NCBI GenBank assembly: GCA_038254845.1
Contig: JBBSFT010000002.1
Span: forward strand, 5,059 to 69,058
DNA from: Gemmatimonadales bacterium
Lineage (GTDB): Bacteria > Gemmatimonadota > Gemmatimonadetes > Gemmatimonadales > Gemmatimonadaceae
DNA: 64,000 bases
Direction of reading: 5' to 3'
The notes under the pieces are model-generated. The model did not search any database, was not told where the DNA came from, and saw only the letters and a program-made list of their open reading frames with translations. A program made the position numbers and the translations under genes. Of this stretch, positions 19,162 through 27,415 are shown in pieces; position 1 is the stretch's first letter, and each line of letters begins with the position of its first letter.

Positions 19162-20946
19162 GTGAGCGCCCTCGCACTGCCGTGGACTCTTGCGGGGTTC
19201 GCGATGCTGGCCGTTTCGTACTTCGGCTGGGGTAGCTTTGGCTCAAAGCTGCTCGGTATCGCCGAGTCGCCCCGCACCGAGACGGCGACGACGGTCCTCC
19301 TCGGATGGTCGTTCAGTCTCCTCGTGCTGCAGCTCCTCAACTTCGTTCTGCCGATCGACGGCCGGGTGGCGATACCCGTTTCGATTGCGGGTCTCCTCAT
19401 GTGCGCGCCCCAGCTTCGCCGGCGCTCGAACCGCGTGACAAACATCAACCGGACAGCGGTTCGTGCAGTGGCCGGTTCGTTCTGCATCGTTGCCGTGTGG
19501 GTCGCCGCGCGGGGACTGTACCATGTCGAGAATTACGATTCGGGCCTCTATCACATGCCGACGATCAAGTGGGTCAACGCATTTGCGATTGTGCCCGGCC
19601 TCGGCAACCTGCACGGACGGCTGGCCTTCAACCAGTCGTTCTTCACGTACGCGGCGGCTCTCGACGGCGGTTGGTTCGCGGGGCATACAGGTGGAGCAGC
19701 GAACGGGTTTCTGTTTCTGGTGGTACTCGCTCAGGTCGTGCAGGGGCTCGCGGCTCGCCTGATCGGCGCGAAAAGAGAGTCGATGTCCGGCCCGCTTGCA
19801 TGGGCGGCGAATCTGCTCATTCTTCCCGTCCTGTTGTATCTCGGCCTGTCATCAGACGGGATGTCGAGCCCGACGCCGGACCTGGCGGCGACACTGCTCG
19901 AGCTGTCGATGTTCCTGCTCTTCGTCCGAGGTCTCGGAAGGTGGAGAACCCCCGGCGAATCCCAGGACTTCGCCGCGACAATCCTGCCCATTTTCGCAGC
20001 GACGGCCATCACTGTAAAACTCTCGACGATCGCGTTCTCAGCGAGCATGGTTGCCGCATCTGTCCTTTACGAGATCGATGCAGCTCGCCGGGGGAATGGG
20101 ACAATCCGGCGAATTATCCTCCGACTTCTACCAGCCGCAATCATCATGATCGTCTGGGCAATTCGCGGAATGATCCTTTCCGGCTGCCCCCTTTATCCGT
20201 CAACCGCCGGGTGCATTGCCGTCGATTGGGCAATCCCGACCGTCAAGGTGCAGGAGGAGGCGAACTGGGTATTCAGCTGGGCACGTGAGCCCGGAGTGCA
20301 CTGGCGAATCGTGCTCGGCAACTCCAACTGGATGAGAGCGTGGATCGTGCGCGAATCGCGCGATGTAATCGGGTTCGCATTTCCGCTGATTGCCGCGGTT
20401 GTGCTCATTGCCACGTCCGTGTGGATCAGGCGGCCATCAAAACGCGGGGCGAGTTTCGGCGGATTTCGCGACCTTGTCCTCGTAATTCCCATTCTACTCG
20501 GCATCGGGTTTTGGTTCGCGATGGCGCCCGATCCGAGATTCGGCCGCGCGTTTTTCTGGATGCTCTCGATTGCGGGCGCACTGTCGATGCTGGTGTCGCT
20601 CGAGCGAATACTCGATGCGAGACGTCTTCACCTCGCGACAATCCTGCTGGTGGCAGGCGCGAATGCGCCGTTTGTGGCGTACGCTCTATTCAAGGGTGGT
20701 CCGCGGATGGCGATGATTTCGCTCTCGGGATGGCAACCAGTGCCGACGCCAGTGCTTACCGCCAACCCGACGATATCCGGGCTTACCCTTTACGTTCCGG
20801 TCCGCGAGCAGCGCTGCTGGAACAGCCCGATTCCCTGCACTCCCTATTTCAATCCCGATCTCGCGTTGCGCGTCCCGGGGAACATGGGCCGCGGCTTCGT
20901 CGACAGATCGACACTACCCCGGAGCGCGATGCCGCCTTCTCCATGA
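19162..20946 (+). CDS. Polytopic GT-C-like membrane protein (LIC_10190-like)
   Basis: YDSGLYH...W...VPGLGNLHGRLAFN loop, SPTPD, VKLS, SGCPLYP, APDPRFG, CWNSPIPCTP; many TM segments. Confidence 0.7.
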   Translation: MSALALPWTLAGFAMLAVSYFGWGSFGSKLLGIAESPRTETATTVLLGWSFSLLVLQLLNFVLPIDGRVAIPVSIAGLLMCAPQLRRRSNRVTNINRTAVRAVAGSFCIVAVWVAARGLYHVENYDSGLYHMPTIKWVNAFAIVPGLGNLHGRLAFNQSFFTYAAALDGGWFAGHTGGAANGFLFLVVLAQVVQGLAARLIGAKRESMSGPLAWAANLLILPVLLYLGLSSDGMSSPTPDLAATLLELSMFLLFVRGLGRWRTPGESQDFAATILPIFAATAITVKLSTIAFSASMVAASVLYEIDAARRGNGTIRRIILRLLPAAIIMIVWAIRGMILSGCPLYPSTAGCIAVDWAIPTVKVQEEANWVFSWAREPGVHWRIVLGNSNWMRAWIVRESRDVIGFAFPLIAAVVLIATSVWIRRPSKRGASFGGFRDLVLVIPILLGIGFWFAMAPDPRFGRAFFWMLSIAGALSMLVSLERILDARRLHLATILLVAGANAPFVAYALFKGGPRMAMISLSGWQPVPTPVLTANPTISGLTLYVPVREQRCWNSPIPCTPYFNPDLALRVPGNMGRGFVDRSTLPRSAMPPSP

Positions 20947-22056
20947 GAAAAGGCGTACGATTGGCCGCCACGGATGTTTGATGTCGCCGATTGCCTCGCC
21001 CTTGAGCCTGTCAAACTCGGCGACGTCGTTCGGGTGACCGCTTGTCGTGGCGACGAGTCCGGCGCGCGCAAACGCGATCATCGCGCCAATAGCGAGGCCG
21101 ACGAGTAGCGCAAAGATCACCTTCCTCGCGCCCTTCTTGCTTTCGGGAACGAGCGGCTCTTCAGGCGGCGCAAGCACCGTGATTACGGGCAAGTCACGCA
21201 CTTCATCGATCTTTGCCTGCTCGTAGGAAGCAGCGAGGCCGGTGTAGAGAGTCTGTCGCATGTCGACGGCGCGGGTCAGACGGCTGTATTGAAGCTGCAA
21301 GGTCGGTGACCTCGCGAAGTCGCGATTCTCGATCAGAAAAGATTGGACCGCACCTTCGGCATCTCTCAACTGGGCGAGCGATTCGGCCAGCCGTTCTTCG
21401 ACGAACGCCCGCTCGCCATGGGCTGCCTGCTGGCGTCGTTTGAGATTTACTGTGTTGATCTCGACGAGAACGTTATTGGCGATATCAACAGCAAGTCGTG
21501 GCGTCTGGGCGCGTACGGTCAACGTCATGACGCCCGTCTTCGGCGAGGCCCTCACGTCCACGAGGTTCTTCATCCTCGCGACGACGAACGGACCCTGCGC
21601 CCGCGGCGCCATCTTCGAGCCGCCGAACAGCTTGATCAGATTTCCGGTGATGACTCCGCTATCGGTTTGAAGCGTGTAATTCTTCTTCGCGACTTCGCCG
21701 AGCACGCCCCGCGATGTGATGAGGTCGACATAGAATTGCGGCGCATCGACGGCGTCGCCGCCGACGTTGATGCCGAACTGGCGCGCGATTCCGGAGAGCT
21801 GGCTCTGCGGCTTGGCACCCTGCGTCATGAACTCGGCGTCGGTGCTGTAGTAGCGAGTCATCCTCATGACGTCGATCCCCTGCTTGAAGGCAATGAGGAG
21901 GGCGATCACGACGATCATCACGCGGTGTCTCAGCAGAATGCTGAAGATGTCCACCACCGTGAGTCCGGCCGTCTCTCTGGCTCGCTCGTGAATTACGGGG
22001 TCTCGCGATGTCGGCACGCTGGCCGGCTCAGTTTGTCGCGCGCGCGGTACGGTCAA
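20914..22056 (-). CDS. wzz: Wzz-like polysaccharide copolymerase (GNVR-type), copy 2
   Basis: Two TM helices, coiled-coil QTLYTGLAASYEQAKIDE; visible paralog of 7529-8629. Confidence 0.8.
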   Translation of the reverse strand: MTVPRARQTEPASVPTSRDPVIHERARETAGLTVVDIFSILLRHRVMIVVIALLIAFKQGIDVMRMTRYYSTDAEFMTQGAKPQSQLSGIARQFGINVGGDAVDAPQFYVDLITSRGVLGEVAKKNYTLQTDSGVITGNLIKLFGGSKMAPRAQGPFVVARMKNLVDVRASPKTGVMTLTVRAQTPRLAVDIANNVLVEINTVNLKRRQQAAHGERAFVEERLAESLAQLRDAEGAVQSFLIENRDFARSPTLQLQYSRLTRAVDMRQTLYTGLAASYEQAKIDEVRDLPVITVLAPPEEPLVPESKKGARKVIFALLVGLAIGAMIAFARAGLVATTSGHPNDVAEFDRLKGEAIGDIKHPWRPIVRLFSWRRRHRAPG

Positions 22057-22155
22057 GTCGTCATCCGTCGTCGTGAGGAGAGCCTTCGGCGGTGAGTCAG
22101 ATTGAAATTGCAGATAGGCATCCCGAAACGAAAGACTCGCGGCCCTCTCACGGCG

Positions 22156-25100
22156 CTACAGCGCACCGATCAGTTCGAATACCCTGTCCGCAAGCCAGGT
22201 CCTCACTTCCTCGGAGTAATGGAGACCATCAACGCGAAGCGAATCGCTTCTCCAGCTGATGCCGTTGTCCGTCGAAACGAAGGCGGTGAGATCGATGAGA
22301 CTCAGCCCACGCTGTCCGCTCAACTGTCGAATGGCATTGTTGAGGGCCGGCCCGTTCGACGCGCAACCGATGTCGAGAGGCGACAGAGTAGTGATGATGA
22401 AATGATTTGCCGGCAGACCGGCTCCGACCCACAGATCAACCATGCGCGAAAGATTCGTTACGATGTTGTCGACGCTCACGCAGCCGGCGAGGTCGTTGGT
22501 GCCCATCGAAACGTACGCGAAATCTGTGGAACGCGGCCTGAATGCCTGTACTCTGGGAATCCCTCCGCTCGGAAACGCAGGGCTCGCAGGCTCGCCGCCA
22601 CTCCATGGATAGCCGAGCCCGAGAACCTCGCCCTGGAAACGGGTAAGACCGTTTACGACCTCGAGCGCGTTTGGGCTTCCTCCGTCAGACCTGCCTACGC
22701 CCGTTTTCGTGCTGGCGATGCCGTGATTCACTACCCTGATTCTCTCGGTCCGGGCCGAATTCCATTTCGCTTCGACCTTGCCCGCAAGCTGGTAGGGGCT
22801 GTTGGGATCGTTCGGGCCGAGCCGTGGCGGCGTGTTGGAGATGTAGGATGTCGCCTGGATCGCGGGGCTGCCTCCGGCGTACCCGAAGTCGGTGTTCGAG
22901 TCACCAAAGGTGACAACCTGTGCGAAGGGCACGCCCGCAGCGATAAAGGTCTGTGGATTTCCCGACAGACGCTGAGACGTGGCAGCGGAAAGCGTATTCG
23001 TACCGATCCCGATCCTCCAGCTTCCCACCGTCGCGATGCCCGCGGCGTTCGTCACCTGAGACGCGCCGGTAATCGAGCCGCCTCCACCAGTGACAGTGAA
23101 GGTGACAGTGATGTTCGGTACGGGTCTTCCCTGTGCGTCGGACACTTTCACTGACGGTCTGACCGGCACATCGACGCCTGCGGTCGACGTCTGATTCTGC
23201 CCAGCTACAATCGACAGAGTCGTCGGTGTGGGGAGAATCGCCGTCGCGGTGAACGTGACCGTTGGAAGAGAGCCTGCGGACGCGGTCAGCGTGTTCTCGC
23301 CGGCCGAAGGTCCGAGAGTCCAGCTCCCGAGAGTCGCGATACCATCGGAGTTCGTTACGGCGCTCGCTCCGGTGATCGAGCCGCCGCCCGCGGCAACGGA
23401 GAAGGTAACGGTCATGCCGGGGACCGGTACGCCCGCGGCGTCAGTGATTCGTACGGCGGGAGCAATAGCCACACTTGACAGGGTCACGGTGGTCTGTCCC
23501 GAACCAGCGACGATCGACAGGCTCGATGGAATCGGAGCAGCCGCGGCCGCAGTAAACGCTACAGGACTCCCTGACACGCCGCTCAGACCGGCCTGAACCG
23601 TCTGCGTTCCCGGGGTCTGGCCGAAGCGCCAGCTCGTGAGCGTTGCAATCCCCGCAGAATTCGTCGCGACGGCCGACGGACTGATGGAGCCGCTTCCGCT
23701 TGCTGCGGTGAACGTGACGTTCGCGCCCGACACTGCATTGCCGAAGGCATCAACGACCTTTACTGACGGGGGCGTGGCCGCAAGTCCGCCCGCTGTTCCG
23801 CTCTGCGATTCCGCCGAGGCTGCGGAGATGGTCGCTGCCGGGCCAGCCGTCGCGGTCGCGGTAAACGTCATCGGGCTTTCGGCGAGACCCGTACCCGTCG
23901 CGGTAACCGTGTTGGTCCCGACTGCCGTTCCGAGAGTCCACGACGTCGGTGATGCGTAACCGTTCGCGTTGGTCGTCGCCGACGCGCCCGCAAGAGTACC
24001 CCCGCCCGACGTGACCGCAAACGTCACCATAAAGCCGCTGATGCCGTTGCCGAAGTCGTCTGTGACTTGAACGGCCGGTGGCGCGGCAAGCGCGACTCCA
24101 GCGGAGCCGCTCACCGACGCGGGAGTGACTCTCAGGAGGCGAGCCGGCGGGCCGGGAACGACAGTGACGACGAACGTTCCCGATTTCTTTTCCGAGGTTG
24201 CAGTAACCGTTGCAGTTCCCGGCAGGAGCGCCGACGCGGCGCCCGTGTTGGGGTCGATCTGAAGAATGCCAGGCGCTGAGCTCGACCAGGTTACAGGACG
24301 GGTTAGCGTTGCACCGGTGCTGTCCTTGATGACAGACGCGAATTGAAAAGCGGTCCTGACGACGAGCGACGGGGGCGCCGGGACAATGCGAACGGTGTCC
24401 ACGATCGGCTGCATCAAAATCGCGTACGTGCCAAAATGCGACACTGCGCCGGTTACCGTCCTGTTGCTGACGTCCGCCGCGCTTCCAGAGACAACCGTCC
24501 ATGCTCCGTTGACAACCTCGTAGAGTTGCAAGCCGCTCTCAGGGCTGTCAACGACTTTGGCTCGTTCATACTTGATCGTGAGGGAAACCGGCTGCGCCAG
24601 CGTAGCGTCGGCCGGCCCGAACTCGAATGCCGTTCCCTCCAGGAGACGACGCGCGGGCGGGGGGTTCGGCGAACGCCTCACCGAAATACTTCTCGCCGTC
24701 GCGACTGCACCCGACGGAACGCCGACCGTAACCGCGCCGTCGTACAGAGAAAATGATCCGCCCGATGCGCCGATTACCTGGCCGTCGCGCACTTCGACGT
24801 CGGCCGAGGCGCTGATTCCCTCGACTGACACCGTGATCGCGGCGGTGCCCTTTCCAACACCTGTCACGAGTCCGGCAGCGACCGTCGCTACTGTCGAATC
24901 CGACGTCGACCAGATTTCCCGACGCCCCGTAAGGGCTTTTCCGGATGCGCCCTTTGACGCCTCGACGATCAGCTCGGTACCACCCGGAACCAGAAGCACC
25001 GGGCCCGGAGACGTGATCGATACCGTAGCGACCGGCTCCGGCGGTGCGGTGGCCTCACCGCACCCCAGCGCGAGAAGCGCGACCAGTCCCATGGAAATCC

Positions 25101-25185
25101 ACGACGGATAACGGGAGTGACCTGGCCGCAAACTGTTCTTTTCCAACCCGCGTATCAAACGCGGGACACGGATTTCAGGGCGCAC
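22156..25185 (-). CDS. Surface lipoprotein: Big_2 - ZU5-like - Big_2 - four Big_1-like Ig repeats - SGNH/GDSL hydrolase
   Basis: Lipobox LALGC; WSTSDSTVATV and WSSSAPG Big_2 motifs; four ~100-aa repeats; SGNH blocks FGDSNT, NHG, GTND, DGLH; exact start uncertain. Confidence 0.8.
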   Translation of the reverse strand: MRPEIRVPRLIRGLEKNSLRPGHSRYPSWISMGLVALLALGCGEATAPPEPVATVSITSPGPVLLVPGGTELIVEASKGASGKALTGRREIWSTSDSTVATVAAGLVTGVGKGTAAITVSVEGISASADVEVRDGQVIGASGGSFSLYDGAVTVGVPSGAVATARSISVRRSPNPPPARRLLEGTAFEFGPADATLAQPVSLTIKYERAKVVDSPESGLQLYEVVNGAWTVVSGSAADVSNRTVTGAVSHFGTYAILMQPIVDTVRIVPAPPSLVVRTAFQFASVIKDSTGATLTRPVTWSSSAPGILQIDPNTGAASALLPGTATVTATSEKKSGTFVVTVVPGPPARLLRVTPASVSGSAGVALAAPPAVQVTDDFGNGISGFMVTFAVTSGGGTLAGASATTNANGYASPTSWTLGTAVGTNTVTATGTGLAESPMTFTATATAGPAATISAASAESQSGTAGGLAATPPSVKVVDAFGNAVSGANVTFTAASGSGSISPSAVATNSAGIATLTSWRFGQTPGTQTVQAGLSGVSGSPVAFTAAAAAPIPSSLSIVAGSGQTTVTLSSVAIAPAVRITDAAGVPVPGMTVTFSVAAGGGSITGASAVTNSDGIATLGSWTLGPSAGENTLTASAGSLPTVTFTATAILPTPTTLSIVAGQNQTSTAGVDVPVRPSVKVSDAQGRPVPNITVTFTVTGGGGSITGASQVTNAAGIATVGSWRIGIGTNTLSAATSQRLSGNPQTFIAAGVPFAQVVTFGDSNTDFGYAGGSPAIQATSYISNTPPRLGPNDPNSPYQLAGKVEAKWNSARTERIRVVNHGIASTKTGVGRSDGGSPNALEVVNGLTRFQGEVLGLGYPWSGGEPASPAFPSGGIPRVQAFRPRSTDFAYVSMGTNDLAGCVSVDNIVTNLSRMVDLWVGAGLPANHFIITTLSPLDIGCASNGPALNNAIRQLSGQRGLSLIDLTAFVSTDNGISWRSDSLRVDGLHYSEEVRTWLADRVFELIGAL
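22935..24157 (-). repeat. Four tandem ~300-bp Ig-like (Big_1/invasin-type) coding repeats
   Basis: Recurrent P[AS]V.V.D..G..V....VTF....G.G....S..TN..G.A....W..G protein pattern, diverged at DNA level; boundaries approximate. Confidence 0.75.
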
Positions 25186-25252
25186 TAGTAGCTTGGAGCA
25201 GAAGGTGGCAAGACCTCAAGTTTAACAGGTCCAGGGGGGCTGAACAACGATT

Positions 25253-27415
25253 TTACTGGTATGGGCAGTCGATGACTGGTGTTGTGTATCGACCTCCGCT
25301 CTCGTCCTGAAGCACCACAACCCGGCGAAAGCCTTTCTGCCCAGCTTTTCTACACAAAGTCGCCGTGGCGATGTCTTCGGCGGTCTGAAGTGCTGTCCTC
25401 CTTGTATACACCGCCATTCCGTATTGGTCCGTGAGATCGCAATCCGCAGGTGGCATTCCATCGAGCAGTGCCAGGCCCGACGTTGACGGACCCACCAGCG
25501 ATGCGAAACTGCAGCGATCAGGCTCGGAAAACACCTTCCAGAAAGCACTATCCGATTGTGGAATGAAGAGGAGAGTTTGCCGCTTTAGCTCCCGCGGTTC
25601 TGAATCGAGAGAACGCAGCGCTGTGATCATTGCGTAGTCGGGAGCTTTTTGCAAACCGGCAGCGAGTACACTCGCTTCAGTCATCCATCCCGATTGTGCC
25701 TTGACGCCGGCGTAGGAATAAAAATTGGCACGAAGAGCGGCGTTCATTTGTGTCGCCTCGCGCACGGCGCGCGCGACGTTGAACGTCACCGTAAACCCGA
25801 CAGGGATGGCGATCAGCGCCGCGGCAATTGCGCCCAGCCGAGCATTCGATATTCCTCGTTTGAGCGACATTTTCCGACCCGGCACGACGCGCACTCCAAT
25901 CGCCATCAACAGCGGAGCCGATAGCCATCTCTGAACATCCGAGAAATAAACCGCGCTCCCGCCGTGAATGGTGATCAGCTCACCAGGGAGGAACCCGCAA
26001 ACCGCGACGATCGCGACGATTTCTGCGTCGAGCAACCTTCTATCTCTCAATGCGGCAAGCAAGTCGCTCAACGTTGGAAGGTTCTCTTCCCTCACTCGAA
26101 CCGCGATGTAAACCCACGACCAGAGAAAATGACCGAACAGGAAATACGGCCACCATCTCGGATCGGCTTGGTAGCGCATGTACGAGAACGGAGTCAAACC
26201 CTGATTTTGCGCCGGAACCGACACGAGCTTGAAGGTGACTACCGCGAGCGCCACCGCGAGCAGAGTGCCGGCGAGCATGAGCCTGTTCTTATACAGACCT
26301 GCGCGAACGACCATCCAGATCACGACGGCGAGACACAGCAGCATCAGCGAGAGTTTCAGAAACCCAAGACAAACGAGGAGAGCTGGAACGAGCAGTATGG
26401 CGAACACCACATCGGCGCGCGACTGACGCTCGGCCCTCCCTGACCACCAGTCCGCCGCAAGGCCAGCGCAGAGCGCGAACAGGGCCAGTGCCGTCAGATA
26501 CGACTCGGAAATCAACAGATGCCGATTCCAGACCCCCAGCGCATCGAGCGCATTGCTCGGCATAAACCCGACGGTTGCACCGATCAACACCAGCCACGTC
26601 CAGACATCCTGTTGCATCGGAATATTTACGGCGTTGGTGCGCTCTTTCGCGCGCCATAACGCCCTCACGCGGCCAGCAAAAAGAAGGAGCCCTGCGAAGA
26701 ACACCGGAGCAACGAGAACCGTTGGACCGAGACTGTAGAACGTCAGGACGTCGACGCCCGCAAGGTCGGCCCACTGTGAATTGAGCCAGGCCGATCCATA
26801 GTGATACGGGATGTACGGAACGCCATCGAGGCCCGTGCTCGGCACTCCGTACGCGCGCATCGAGTTGGCCATGCTCACGTAGTAGAGCGGGTCGTGATGC
26901 ACGTTGCCGCGATCCGATAGCTGTTCCCAGAACAGCGGAGTCTTGTAGCGCGTTCCCCACGCAATTCCCCCGACCCACGCGGTGAACAGCGCGGCGAACA
27001 CAAACATCAGAATCGCTGAGACCAGGCGTGATCGCATCGCCCACATTGCGCCTGCTGCCACGAAGGCAAGAGCGCCTGCGAGTGCTATCGGGCCGCCGAG
27101 GTTGAAGGGTGTCGGATAGACGATGAAACCAGCGGCAGCAGTAATCGCAATGCAAACAATTCCGAGGAAAGATGCGCCGACCCACCATGTTCCCGTATGC
27201 TCATGTGTTCTTCGGAGAAACGATGAGACGACTGCCGGCATGCAGATAATGAAGAGAGCGATGCCGAGCGTGACCGCGACAGGTCGAACAGGATTTGCGA
27301 ATCCCGCGCGCCCGATCCAGTAGACGACCGCGAGACCGCACGCGAGCACACTGCCGAACATCGACGCCGTCAAGCCGTCGAATACCTGTGTGTCTCGCTC
27401 TGTGAGGCTAATCAC
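25253..27415 (-). CDS. Large polytopic membrane protein, putative GT-C; paralog B
   Basis: 720 aa, many TMs, soluble loop HHDPLYY...TGLDGVPYIPYHYGSAWL, C-terminal Cys-containing soluble domain. Confidence 0.65.
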   Translation of the reverse strand: MISLTERDTQVFDGLTASMFGSVLACGLAVVYWIGRAGFANPVRPVAVTLGIALFIICMPAVVSSFLRRTHEHTGTWWVGASFLGIVCIAITAAAGFIVYPTPFNLGGPIALAGALAFVAAGAMWAMRSRLVSAILMFVFAALFTAWVGGIAWGTRYKTPLFWEQLSDRGNVHHDPLYYVSMANSMRAYGVPSTGLDGVPYIPYHYGSAWLNSQWADLAGVDVLTFYSLGPTVLVAPVFFAGLLLFAGRVRALWRAKERTNAVNIPMQQDVWTWLVLIGATVGFMPSNALDALGVWNRHLLISESYLTALALFALCAGLAADWWSGRAERQSRADVVFAILLVPALLVCLGFLKLSLMLLCLAVVIWMVVRAGLYKNRLMLAGTLLAVALAVVTFKLVSVPAQNQGLTPFSYMRYQADPRWWPYFLFGHFLWSWVYIAVRVREENLPTLSDLLAALRDRRLLDAEIVAIVAVCGFLPGELITIHGGSAVYFSDVQRWLSAPLLMAIGVRVVPGRKMSLKRGISNARLGAIAAALIAIPVGFTVTFNVARAVREATQMNAALRANFYSYAGVKAQSGWMTEASVLAAGLQKAPDYAMITALRSLDSEPRELKRQTLLFIPQSDSAFWKVFSEPDRCSFASLVGPSTSGLALLDGMPPADCDLTDQYGMAVYTRRTALQTAEDIATATLCRKAGQKGFRRVVVLQDESGGRYTTPVIDCPYQ

